A DNA stretch of 63,006 bases, the filler included, from Syncephalis fuscata S228 (Eukaryota > Fungi > Zoopagomycota): the NCBI GenBank assembly GCA_025786725.1. It is 4 parts of 4 records of this genome, joined end to end, with 100 filler letters (N's around TTAATTAATTAA, not from the genome) between each part and the next. Parts side by side here need not be neighbours in the genome. Positions count along the whole stretch, not along the records: positions 34,431 to 55,207 come from JAHLTZ010000159.1; 3 more parts are not named here. One strand, 5' to 3'. The position numbers were made by a program, and so were the translations under genes. The notes beneath the pieces were generated by a model that searched no databases, was not told the origin of the DNA, and was given only the letters and a program-made list of their open reading frames with translations. Position 1 is the stretch's first letter. Each line of letters opens with the position of its first letter. Of the stretch, positions 36,816-48,847 are shown piece by piece.

Positions 36816-38305
36816 ATGGTTTCAACAAAACGCAAAGCGTCCATTGCGACGGAGATTGTTAAAACAATTCGGAAGAAACACCAGCTCTATGACCAGACCA
36901 ATGAACTGTGTCCCAAGCTCGAAGAAACAGTGGAAAAGTTGAGCGAGATTCCAATAATAGACGAGCAAAAACCTATACTAAATCAATGGCATTCATTACC
37001 TATGCCAGACGGCGAACAACTATCTTTACGTCTTACACTAACCTCGGGACAATCATTTCGCTGGCAAGAAACATCACCGCAACATTGGTAAGTTGAATAA
37101 AGTAGGATAAGTATGGCAATTAAGCGATAATATAATACATATTAGGTCATGTGTACTTGATCATCGATTGTATACACTACGCCAAGAAGGCAAGTAATAA
37201 ATGTAATTTTAGTAAATAAATAATAATATTTTAATTTGAAACAGAGGAACTAGCGCCAATATTTTATCGAGTACAATCAAGTAAAGCTATTAATAAAGAG
37301 GAAACTGAAGAGAATAAACAAGCGGTGTCGACGCTTATTTCACATCTACGATTGGATGTTGCATTAACCGAACGATTAAGTCAATGGTCAGCGTGTGATG
37401 CTACATTTGCTGCATGTATTGCTCGATCGGCGGCAACAACAACTGGTGTTCGTATTCTACGCCTCACTCCAGCTGAAGCACTCATATCGTTTATCTGTTC
37501 AAGTAACAATCACGTAGGACGGATTAGTAGCATGGTAAATTAGATGTAGTTATTTCTTCTTCTTACTAATTCATTATTCTAGGTTCAGCGATTATGCTTA
37601 GAATTAGGCACTTATCATGGCACAGTTGATGACATACCTATTCATGCTTTTCCACAGTTAGCTGATTTAGCACCAGCTTCGATAGAATCGAAACTAAGAC
37701 AATGGGGATTTGGATATAGAGCACGATTTATACGGGAGACAGCACAACATATTATTGATAAACAACCAAAAGGTGAAGATTGGCTCGATACGATTAGTCA
37801 ACTATCTTATGCAGAAGCGAAAGCTGCACTTATTAAGCTACCCGGTGTAAGTATTAAATAATTAAGCATTATATTTAACATAGCTTATATTGGCAAATTT
37901 AATTATTAGGTAGGACCAAAGGTTGCTGATTGTATTGTAAGTTTACTCACTATAATAGAACCAGGTGTAGATTTGTTGTCACATTAACTAGTTATCCTTA
38001 TTTATATCATTTATAGTGCCTATTTGGTCTTGATATGCCAGAAGCAGTACCAGTAGACACACACTTGTGGCGTATTGCTCAGCGAGACTATGGACTGGGT
38101 CGTCAACGACAATTAACAAAAACATTAACTGCACGAGAATACGATGCAGTTGGTGATTGTTTAAGACGCCATTTTGGTATGGAAGCAGGCTGGGCCCATT
38201 CAGTAAGTTGCTATCATTTATTTATACAAATTATTAAATAGCAATGTTGAATAGTTTTTATTTACATCGGAATTAAGAAAAAATGGAAAATCTAAGGGAC
38301 AGTAA
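36816..38305 (+). CDS. OGG1: 8-oxoguanine DNA glycosylase, multi-exon
   Basis: TLTSGQSFRW, GVRILR, LISFICSSNN, GFGYRA, HhH motif LPGVGPKVADC across an intron, AVPVDTH, AGWAHS. Confidence 0.95.
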
Positions 38306-38351
38306 TAATATGATTTGTTTTTATAGCAATTTGGTAACAATCTAATTGCTA

Positions 38352-38803
38352 TTTGGTGGTTAAATGACTAAATTTAATAGCATTCAATCTATTGAACATG
38401 ATGGTGGGTGGTGAATGAGTCGACATTTACTAATAATAAAGCTAGAACAAAAATAAAATAGTTTTGGATAGAGGAAGGCTAGATGAGTATAGAATAGTAT
38501 ATAAAATGATAAATTTACGGTAAGAAAGCATATAAAATGATGTTAAATTTATAGTGTATATAATGCAATAAGTGGACTAAATAAAGTATATTGAAACATA
38601 TAAGCAATAGGATGTGTCTAGTATGATATAAAATGATATATAATAGTGTGCGACATGTTGGGAATGATATAGGTGGATAGAGGATATATGCGTACTGGAT
38701 ACTGAATCTACAATAATGAGTATTTGATGATTGATATCATTCATCAGCCACCATCATGTTTAATAGGCTGAGTGTTATTAAATATTAGTCATTTGGCCAC
38801 CAA
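38352..38803. mobile_element. MITE-like non-autonomous element with long imperfect terminal inverted repeats
   Basis: Left tttggtggttaaatgactaaatttaatagcattcaatctattgaacatgatggtgg matches the reverse complement of ~38749-38803; no ORF; TIRs may extend ~40 bp further; TSD not resolved. Confidence 0.75.
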
Positions 38804-39148
38804 ACAAACATTAAATAACTAATAAATGTCTATAAAATAAATAAATGAATTGCTATTACCATATTTAATAATGATAAAGTTGATTGATAATGCAATCCTA
38901 CGCTTTAGTTCACTTATTTAAAAACAAATAGTTTTTTAAAGATATTTATTTGAAACAAATAGCATGCCATGTATTTTCAATTTCATATAAAAATGACCAA
39001 TATAGAAAGAGAAATAAAGATTATTAGGCGAATAAAGTTGGTTCTACTTTCTAGGCTGTTGCTATTAGCGGATGCCTCCATAGCCTTTAGTCCTAAAGCA
39101 TAAATAAGGATAATTATTAGTAAATGAGCCATTTAATAACTGTCATCG

Positions 39149-40348
39149 CTACTTACGTCCCGAGTTTCCGGATGCCACAGTAGAAAGTAGCTCGCCGTTA
39201 TCTTGATTTAATGCCCAAATCATAACACCGCCATAGTTATTCTTACGAACGTAGTTCACCTTGACGGCTAAACTTTGTGGATCGTCATAACTAATAAATG
39301 TCTTTGATTTGTCATTGTAAAGCCATGGTGTTTTTGTACCATCGTCCCAGTTGCGCTGCCAGCCAGTGCCTTTATTAGCGGCACTTGTCGATGTTAAAAT
39401 CTTATTGCTGCGTAAATCCTTCCATGTCCATACACCACCTGAGCCAGCGCTTCCATCGGCGCCAGCTGCTTGGGCAACATTTTTATTTTGCTGGCCATAC
39501 ATGCTGTTCGCCTTGAGCGCCGAGGCGGCAACAGCCGACCGACCATAAAACGCTAAACCCATGACAATCTTCTCACGTGGAAATTTGGCATCAGACCAAG
39601 CCTTCGCAGCCGTAGTAAAACTAACTGGCGGCTCATTGCCACTTTTAGCTGGATCAAAAGGTGCGTTAGGTCCGGTAGTGCTGCTCCATGACCCGTAAAC
39701 ATCGTAGGCCATAACCTGAACGAAGGAAAGTGGGCCGGCAAACGCGCTAACATCTTTCATTGGTCCGTTGGGTCCGTCGAATGGCTCGACGCGTACTGCA
39801 GCTGAAATGTATTTATCTTTAGGCAGTTGACTGCGCAGCTCTTTAAGCAGTGTAAGGAAATTGCTCGAGTCGTCTTTACGGCCAGTTACACCGTTGGTTG
39901 CACGGCCAGGATATTCCCAATCGATATCGACACCGTCCAAGTTATACTTTGCTACAAAGTCACGTGTTTGTTGAATGAATCGGCTGCGCTTGCTTGAATC
40001 GGCTGCTATAGCGCTAAATGGGGCCGAACCCGACCAGCCACCAATAGAAATGGCAACACGTACATTGTGCTGATGTGCATTCTTCACCAAATCGGTTAAA
40101 ACATTAGCAGTTTGAATGGTGGGTGCATTAGTATTGGCATTAATGAGTGCAAATGCATAGTTGATATGCGTCAATTTGCTATAATCAATTTTGTTTGGTG
40201 GCAATTGTTGGCTATTCCAGTCGGTGTAATAGCCAACAACCATGCCGCTCCCCGAAGCACGTTTGCTAAGCACGGCCGAATTGTCCTGCCACGAAGGCGT
40301 AGGAAGCAGAACTAGTAGAAATAGAATAAGAAACCAAGAGCGCTGCAT
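39149..40348 (-). CDS. Secreted GH18 chitinase, intronless
   Basis: Hydrophobic signal peptide, KR processing site, THINYAF, SIGGW, catalytic DGVDIDWEYP, MAYD, ISYDDPQS, GGVMIWAL. Confidence 0.96.
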   Translation of the reverse strand: MQRSWFLILFLLVLLPTPSWQDNSAVLSKRASGSGMVVGYYTDWNSQQLPPNKIDYSKLTHINYAFALINANTNAPTIQTANVLTDLVKNAHQHNVRVAISIGGWSGSAPFSAIAADSSKRSRFIQQTRDFVAKYNLDGVDIDWEYPGRATNGVTGRKDDSSNFLTLLKELRSQLPKDKYISAAVRVEPFDGPNGPMKDVSAFAGPLSFVQVMAYDVYGSWSSTTGPNAPFDPAKSGNEPPVSFTTAAKAWSDAKFPREKIVMGLAFYGRSAVAASALKANSMYGQQNKNVAQAAGADGSAGSGGVWTWKDLRSNKILTSTSAANKGTGWQRNWDDGTKTPWLYNDKSKTFISYDDPQSLAVKVNYVRKNNYGGVMIWALNQDNGELLSTVASGNSGRK

Positions 40349-42370
40349 TTTAGAATTGTAGTATAATTGATTTTAGGATTTTTAAAGTACATCGACTGCT
40401 TTTTATACTGGCCATGTATTTTATATGTTTGCCATTATCCAATATTCCCATCGAGATGCGATCGGTCGATTAATGCGTATTGTTCAAAACATTGTTCTTC
40501 GTTAGCATTGCTTCAATGTGACACGGGCTAGTATAATCTCCGATGTGTGTATATAGTACGGTAGTTTTTTACCCGGTTTATATTCTCATTCGCACGCTTT
40601 GTTGCAAGGAAGTGTTCGAAAAATAGCGGTTTTAGAAGTTACAGACTAGATAGGCAAGTAGTACCTTATCTTACAGCCATTCTATAACGTTAGCCTTTGA
40701 TGCTTGCTAGTACACTATGCTCAAATAACGCATGCTAGTCGTTTAACATAGATGATAACAAAGTTATTTATTATTTATCATTAGTTATTACAGCTCGACC
40801 GTAAAGAAATGAATAAATTTAAACTAAAGAGGTGTAATATAAAATTAGTAACTAATACTATTGATTAATATCGAATAAAACTAGTATTTTGTAACGAATA
40901 CAGTTGATAATAAAACGAGCGTTTATACCACATTTTATCCTTAGCAGTGTTACTAACCTATATGACTAATCATATGTGCATAGCTAGCACTTTCTACTGG
41001 CTACATCATTGTAATAGCCATTTGTTGCTGGTAATCATTATTGACATCCGATATTTCACTATTCTTGTGAATATTCACACATAATATGTTGTCCAGTCAT
41101 ACAATCTATTTCTTAGATATGTTATCATAAAAACGATTAATATATTGGGGTAGCAGCAATCATAGTTTCTAATCATTAGCTGTATTAACAACATTATTTT
41201 TAATAGTTAAATAATTACAAATATATTTATTATATTTGAATATCCATTTTGTGCAGCTTATGTAGTTAATTACAGTCTTTTAAATAAATATAAAACCGTT
41301 ACACGCAATCACATAGCGAAGTTGATCAATGACTGTTTTCTCATTTGAACTCAGTGGAATGTTCATGTTTTATTTATACATGAAAACAAATGCATGTCTG
41401 GCAATCACCAGTTGTAATTTTATGTCGTATCATGCTTTTTGCAACGTAGGTATAAATGTGCTTCATGATGACACCAAATTAAAGCATATCAACTAATGTT
41501 TCAGTTTTACAATTGTTACAATTTCGGTTTGTCAATAGTTGATTAGCATAAATGAATTCAATATAACTACGCCATTTATTTATTTAATAATAATATCAAT
41601 CTCAAGCGATTCTACCCTATAGATTGGACAAATAAATAAATAAAATTAATATCAGTAGTTTATTTAGTTTATTATCTTATTTAACTATATTAATATTATT
41701 ATATTAATATGTGTGTACTATCATTTCATTTACAAATTATATTTTAAATACCTATAAACTTTGCTATTTATTTATTAAGACAAGCAAAATACTAATTATA
41801 TAACATATTGTGTGCTATTTGTATGTTATGCTAAATGTTTTTTTATTAAAATTCGAGCTACCAAACGTTTTATTGTTTGTAGAAAATTCATCCATTTACT
41901 ACTACTACTACTACTACGAACTTGTAGCACACGCTTTACCTTGTTCACACAATTCATCCATTGTATTTTGATCATTGAGTTTATTCTGTTCTTTTTTCTT
42001 CAAGACTGTACGTTGTATACGAATCTGCGTTTGTTTGTGCCCTGTTCTGCCACCACTGCCCTGCCTGATCAATCTGTAGCTTGCCGTTCACATGGCAGGC
42101 GCTTTTTTATCGAGCAATCCGTGGAAACAAACGACGCAGCACCAGCAGCTGATTGAGCCGCAAGACTCTTCGATTGTAGCGGCTCTTTGGCAGGGATCCG
42201 GCCTGCGTGATCTGTTCCATGACAATGGCTTTGTAGAAGCATTTTCCAAAGTGCTGGACGGGTAAGTATTGTCGCCTGTTTAACTACTGCAATTATACAT
42301 ATAGTCGCTGTTGGTTCGACAGGTCGGTTATAGATATCCTAATTTGGCGCTAACCTGTATACTGCAACAG

Positions 42371-45300
42371 GCACAAATCGCTGACTGTTTTGCTAGCGTG
42401 GCTATTTATGCTACTGCTCGACTACTGCAGCTATGTACCGACGGAATGGTTCTTCTTTACTTATTTCACCTTCACCGTACTATCGCAAAGTGTAGAGCTC
42501 GGATTTCCGGTGCTTTTGCTATTTTCTGTGCTTATGGTTGTGGCCGATATTGTTATCTATTTAACTGTGCCATTTGGCTATCTTTGCCTTGCTTCGTCAA
42601 GTGTGGTGTATGCGTTTCTAGTCAACGGATTCCACGGGCTTGATATGAGAGGTTGGATGCTTTCAGCTGCTTTAACGGTAGCTCGTCTGTATATTCCTTG
42701 GTACACTGTACTTCCGCCTTCATTTATGGCACCAATCGCAGCCCATTGTACGGCATTTGGTCTTTGCTGGTTTATTTATAGATCGATCTATTTGCTATAC
42801 ACTTCTTTTGATCAAGTCTGTATGATTTTTGGTCTAATTTTACCACAAGCACCGGTGGTGACTGTGCGCAATATCACCGACAGCAGCTTTAATCTATTCT
42901 GGTGTGTACCACTACACGGCAATGTTTCAAAGCATATTATTGAAATTAATGGTGCTATGGCGGGCGAATCCGACCAACGAGAAACATCAGTGGCTATTAT
43001 GGGGCTGCTACCTAATACAAAATACGCTATACGAGTATGGGCAGTTTCTGATGCAAATGCGCAAACACCATCACCCTTTATTTATATTCGAACACTTGGC
43101 GTGACAAATGCAGACTTGGCTGCTGAGCAAGTTCAATCGGCTGCAAATGACGAACTGGACACCGTATTAGACTCTGCCATAGTTGCTGAAGGTGTAAGCG
43201 AACCTATTCAAACTGTTGAAAGAAATACAGAGGTTGAAGCAGCTCAAGGTTTGAATGAAAACAGCGTAAATGAAAAGACGACAATACCAACAGTTGTTGA
43301 TGCACCTACTTTAACAGAAGCAATGCCAGTACATAGTGAGAATTTACGAGCTAAAGTTACCGATGAAGATATACAGAAGTTGCAAGATGAAATTAATCGT
43401 AATGTTTTTTTATGTAAAGGTATTGAAAAAGCAATTACCGATATACAGGACCGTCATGATACTGAAAGCAAACAGCTATACACTGAATTGGAATCACTTC
43501 GCGTGCAAAGAAAAAACGACGAAGAGACGCGCAGTAAACTTCGGTCAACATTAAAGGCACTTGATGAACAGCGACATGAATTGGATTCGATTAAAAATAA
43601 GCGAGAACGTGAAATAAGATCAGAGACAAATCTAGAACGTCAGATGCGCGATACTTGTAATAGTAAAGAGCGGGAAATTCGTACATTAACAGAAAATACG
43701 CATAAACACAATAGCTCTGTAGTCAATTTAAAGGCGCAGCTTGCAGAGCAGAAGGAGAGAATGGATGGGCAGATACGCAATGTACAACAAGAAGCCAAAG
43801 AGGTACAGCGACAACTTACCGATTTGAATATGCAACACATAGAACAAAGTAAACAGGTGAAGGAGCTACGTGCTCAGCTAACGCAACTACACGCAGAAGC
43901 TGACCACTTTGACCGTCTTGCATCTCGATCCGATAAGCGAAAACAACAACAACATGCTAAACAGGAACGGCGTGAACTGTACGAGAAAAGTGTGCAGCTA
44001 CAAGAGAAAGGAAAACAGCTGCAAGAGATACTTCGAGATGTTACAAGAGAGAAAGTGTCGTTGATGGAGGCGTTGACACGTATGCGACGTGGTGGCCATG
44101 ACATTAATGATCCACTGTCATTGACCAAAGGACATACTATAACATCCAATACATTTATAAAAAGTCGCGATATATCATCTCCTTTATTAAAACAACATCG
44201 AGCAATTATTGGTGCTTTACCTCTTCGATCATCGGCTTCGGCTAATGAACTTCATCAGCAAAATCAGCGATATTTTACTACACCATTCGATCTGCCAAGT
44301 ATCCGGGATGGTGCTGTTCGTACTTCACTTGCTATGGCCAATGAACACTCAGTCATTGGAACATCACCATTATCCAGTCATAATATGTTAACAAATACCA
44401 CTATTGCTACTACTACCGCTACTACTACCCCTATACCTAGTACTGTAATGACCAGTAGCAGAACACCAAATGATAGATCAGAATTAATAGGTGCAGATAA
44501 TTATTTTACACAATTTACCAATGGTCATAATGGCGATTATTTCTCTACATCCCGCTATGGTCGTCGTAATTCTGATCCACAGGTCGAGTGTCCAGTAATT
44601 GAAGAAAAACAACTTTTGCCATGGCCTTCTACGCCAGTTAACAGCAGCCATGGAGACTATAACAACAATAACAACAACAACAACAACAACAATAATAATA
44701 ATAATAATAGTAGCATTAGTCAGCATGGATCTGCACCATATACTAATCCAATTGGACCAACATTATTGGCTAATGTCGGTGAATTCTGGTCATGGCCCAA
44801 TGATACTGTACCATCTGCAAATCTATATTCAAATGGTAGTACTGCAGCACATTCTAATGAACATAATCGGCGCAGTCATAGTCAACACAGTACACCTATA
44901 CTTAACCCACAGCAACAACTACACGGAGAAGGGAGAATGGATTTATTAATGAACGGCTATTTATCTGGACTGAACTCTTTACGACGTCGTGGCCAAGGAA
45001 CTCGGTCCTATTCATTTGGCAACGCTAGCAACAATCCATCGGATTCATGGCTATCTAATCCATTTGAAGCTCCCGGCGCCGTTGCTACTGCTTCTTCCTT
45101 TTCATCCACGTCTACAACAGCGACAACAGCGGCCGTTACAGCGACTACTCATCGGAATCGATTTATAGAGGATTATGTTGGTGGCGGTGGCGGTGGTAAT
45201 GGCAATGGTGGTACTACGCGCAGTAACTCACCATTCCCATCCTCTCCTATTCTATCAAACTTGACATCCGAAACGGATCATCCATTGGCTGATTATTATG

Positions 45301-45518
45301 ACTCGATGCGTCATATGTCAAACACACCCTTGGGACAATATGCTACTCATCAGTCACAACAGCTGTTTGGTGATACGGCGATATCTAGTTGTACTATGGA
45401 GCCCGATGAGGATAAGGACACGTCAGTAATGATGATGAATAATCAACTAGGCTCTACTTCTTTATTCTCGGATAGGTATCATTTAAGTGCATCTGTTTTG
45501 TATAAGGATAGTACATAG
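42371..45518 (+). CDS. Macoilin-like TM domain + fibronectin type III domain + long coiled coil + disordered tail; 5' end unresolved
   Basis: 1042-aa ORF. TM region has W..MLLLDY, VPFGYLCLASS and PIAAHC; FN3 has P.VTVRNITDSSFNLFW...GLLPNTKYAIRVWAVS; heptad-rich middle; poly-Asn tract. Confidence 0.85.
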
Positions 45519-45548
45519 TAGTGCACATTGCTCATATATATATATGTA

Positions 45549-45577
45549 CGTGTGTGTGTGTGTGTGTGTGTGTGTGT
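45549..45577. repeat. (GT)n microsatellite
   Basis: About 14 GT units just after the stop codon at 45518. Confidence 0.9.
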
Positions 45578-45832
45578 TGAATTGGCGTTTATTGCTCATA
45601 TTTTTAATAAATCGTCAAGTAGAAATAGCATTAAATTTATGTACATTAAATAAGACATTTTTATAATCTTAATTCTATGGCCGTGTCATTGAACATTATT
45701 ATACAATCATTTATAAATATTTTGTTAGTATTTAATGGTTAAATGGCTATATATTGCTAATATTTGTTTTATTGAACATGGGACAAGTGGTGAGTTTTAT
45801 TTAATCATCACATCATCACATTTATTGTTTGC

Positions 45833-46230
45833 TTGGTGGTTAAATGACTAACAACTAATAACATTCTTACTATTGAACATGATGACGGGTGGTGAGTGAC
45901 ATCAGTCATCAAATACTCGTCAGCATAGATTTATTGTCCAGTATGCATATATCCACCATTTACCTATATCATTTTCATTCTATTCTATACTACTATGTAT
46001 CATTCTAAGATACACTAGACACATTTTATTGTTTATACGCGGCAATATACTTTGCTTATTCCTCTCATTGCATTATGTGTGTTATAGTTTCAACAGCGCT
46101 ATTTATACTTGTCTATTGTGCATTTATTCTACTTGATATCATTCTATTGTATAATATCAACACGTTATTTGAAACTTCTGTTTGTTTAATACTAGCTTTA
46201 TTACTAATAAATTTGAATTATTACATTTAT
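45833..46230. mobile_element. Second member of the MITE family
   Basis: ttggtggttaaatgactaa...ctattgaacatgatgacgggtggtgagtgacatcagtcatcaaatactc matches the 38352-38803 element; right end approximate. Confidence 0.7.
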
Positions 46231-46557
46231 TTGCTCATGCATATATGTAACGTGTAATTATTTGATAAACAAATCAGTTAATGCAAATTAGCTATGATTT
46301 TGATGCTAGTAGGACAGTTTAATGAATATCCATAATAATAGCAAGCTTAAGCAAAATAGAAACATAATAGATTAATGAGTATGCAAATAGAGAAAAAAGC
46401 TAAAGATAAAATAGCGTAAATAGCAATAACATAGTACTGTAATGATGATATATGCGTACTAAATAATAAATATACAATAATAAATATTTAATAATTAATA
46501 CTATTCAGCATTTAGTTTCATGTTCAATAAAACAGATACGTAGTTATTTGTATGAAA

Positions 46558-46732
46558 AATGCTTAGCGCAAATGCTGGCACATAATGCTTAGCACAAATG
46601 TTGGCACATAATGCTTAGCACAAATGTTGGCACATAATGCTTAGCACAAATGTTGGCACATAATGCTTAGCACAAATGCTGGCACATAATGCTTAGCACA
46701 AATGCTGGCACATAATGCTTAGCACAAATGCT
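46558..46732. repeat. 26-bp minisatellite, ~6.6 copies
   Basis: Unit gcttagcacaaatg(c/t)tggcacataat starting at 46561, 46587, 46613, 46639, 46665, 46691 and 46717. Confidence 0.95.
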
Positions 46733-48847
46733 CATTCCCCTCATTTCGTTATATGCACTATAACCTCAGCACCACTTATCGTGATCTTTCCATTGTTTAT
46801 TTATTATATATATATTGTTTCATATTATAATCTAATATATTTAAAGACCAACTGGCTAAATTTGTCAATATTTGTTTTATTGAATATGAACTGGGCGGTA
46901 AATCACATCAGTCATTAAAGTGTAATATTTTGAATACTCTATGGCAACAATAATAATATGGATTGACACTATTACTAATATCATTTATCCATTGATTATA
47001 GTCCTTATAATAAATTATAATATTTATCAATCTAATATTATTTATCGCTCATTACAAATATATATATGTATATATGTATTAGCACATATACTAACATATA
47101 ATCTGTAAATGCCATAACCTTTTAGATCATTATAAATTTTAGTATTACATATAGTCTATATATTTTTAAATCTGTTGTATGTTTTGGTGTGTCATAGATC
47201 GCCACTGTAGATTATCTTAAAAGAAGCAATGGATTGTACTTCTAATATACCACTAAATAAGTTTCTAATACTATACTGTGCATTCTACTGCTGTTGCTAT
47301 TGTATATGCCGTTGCTGATACAATCTATTGTAGCAATCTATAGCAAACCAAAACATATAATAGTCTTGGTAGTATATAATCACCACATTTATTGTGCTGG
47401 CAGCTATGCATATAAAACAGTAGTAATACTGAAAGCACCACCACTATAAATGCTAAACAAAAATTCGACGCCAATACGACAGTGCAATCTGCAGCAGTAT
47501 TAATAGTAGAAATAGAACATACAACGAGATTTTGCAACATATATTTAATACAACATAAAAATCCAGAAATGCACTTATTGTGTCAAAGAAGCTGCCAATA
47601 CCAATGATCGGAATAATGAAGAATTAGCAAAAAGGTCAGATTACAAAAGAACAGTGCAAAGACATAGCGTGGAAGGTGTTTGTACTTGACTAGTAGCCAG
47701 TCAACTATTGATACTATTTAGGTAACATATATGGAGTTTACAAGTATACAGTATGGATATATGTTGTCAAGTGTAAAGAAAGAGAAAGAAAATGTGCTGA
47801 CGTAGATTGTACACTGTGTTGTTAATATTAATGACATGATTCTAATTTCATTTGACGCCAAACTACTCATTATCATAAAGTATATTTTAGTAGAATAGCG
47901 AATGTATTCATACAGATGCTAATTGGCATCAAACATATGTAATTATAGAACATATTCACTATTAAATAGTCAATAATGAACACCATTTCTATTTTATATT
48001 TTACAACAAATATTAATCTCAAAATGGCTGACTTCTTTGATTTTTTATTTTGAGTCCTCAAAGTAAAATTTGTTCCAATTGAAGTCATGCTGTCATGCAC
48101 AGCAAACATAGTTATAATGTTTTCATTTAACTAATTTGCAATTCACGAGGCCGATCATTGTTGTTGTTGGCCATGCATAGAAAGATTAATCAAATATTAA
48201 TAAAAAGCCATATAATTGCAATTCCATGTCGTTCCGCAGTTGTTATTGTTGTTACTACGTACAGTGTGGTTTCCTTGCGTCTGAATGGTCTCTTTTATTT
48301 TCTAATATTCTACTGTTGCATCAACATCATAATCAAATGTAATATTTCATTGTAAGTAGCATGGAATACTATTTAATATCTGTTTTAATATTGAGAATAG
48401 TGCAGATTAATTAAGACTCTAATGGATTCAATCGGAGTTGATGTGGCACTACAACAAACCACTTCTTAGTAGTAAAAACTGATCGACGATTTATTATTTG
48501 AGTTACGGATATTTTGTCCCAGTTTGAGGATAGGGGCTCAAAAAAAGTAGCTCTTTCGAAATAATCTTTTGGTCATGTCTGACTTGTAATATTGACCCAT
48601 TTGGTTATTGGATCAAAAAGGCGTCAAGCATGCCAAAACAAAACGAATAAATTAGATTAAAATTATCTTGTGCACAATGCGGCTCTATATAGAAACACGC
48701 GTGGCTTTCAAACCTCCCAATATAGACGATATATTGTATTTAAGTTTCTTCTGGTAATACAGCCACTTTTTTCTTTTATTTTTGATAAACACTCGATTTC
48801 ACGCCACAATACATCAATTTTCTACATTTTAACGACCAGATTTTAGC

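Noticed and set aside
44659-44708. (AAC)n(AAT)n tract
   Set aside because: Ordinary poly-Asn coding microsatellite in a disordered tail.
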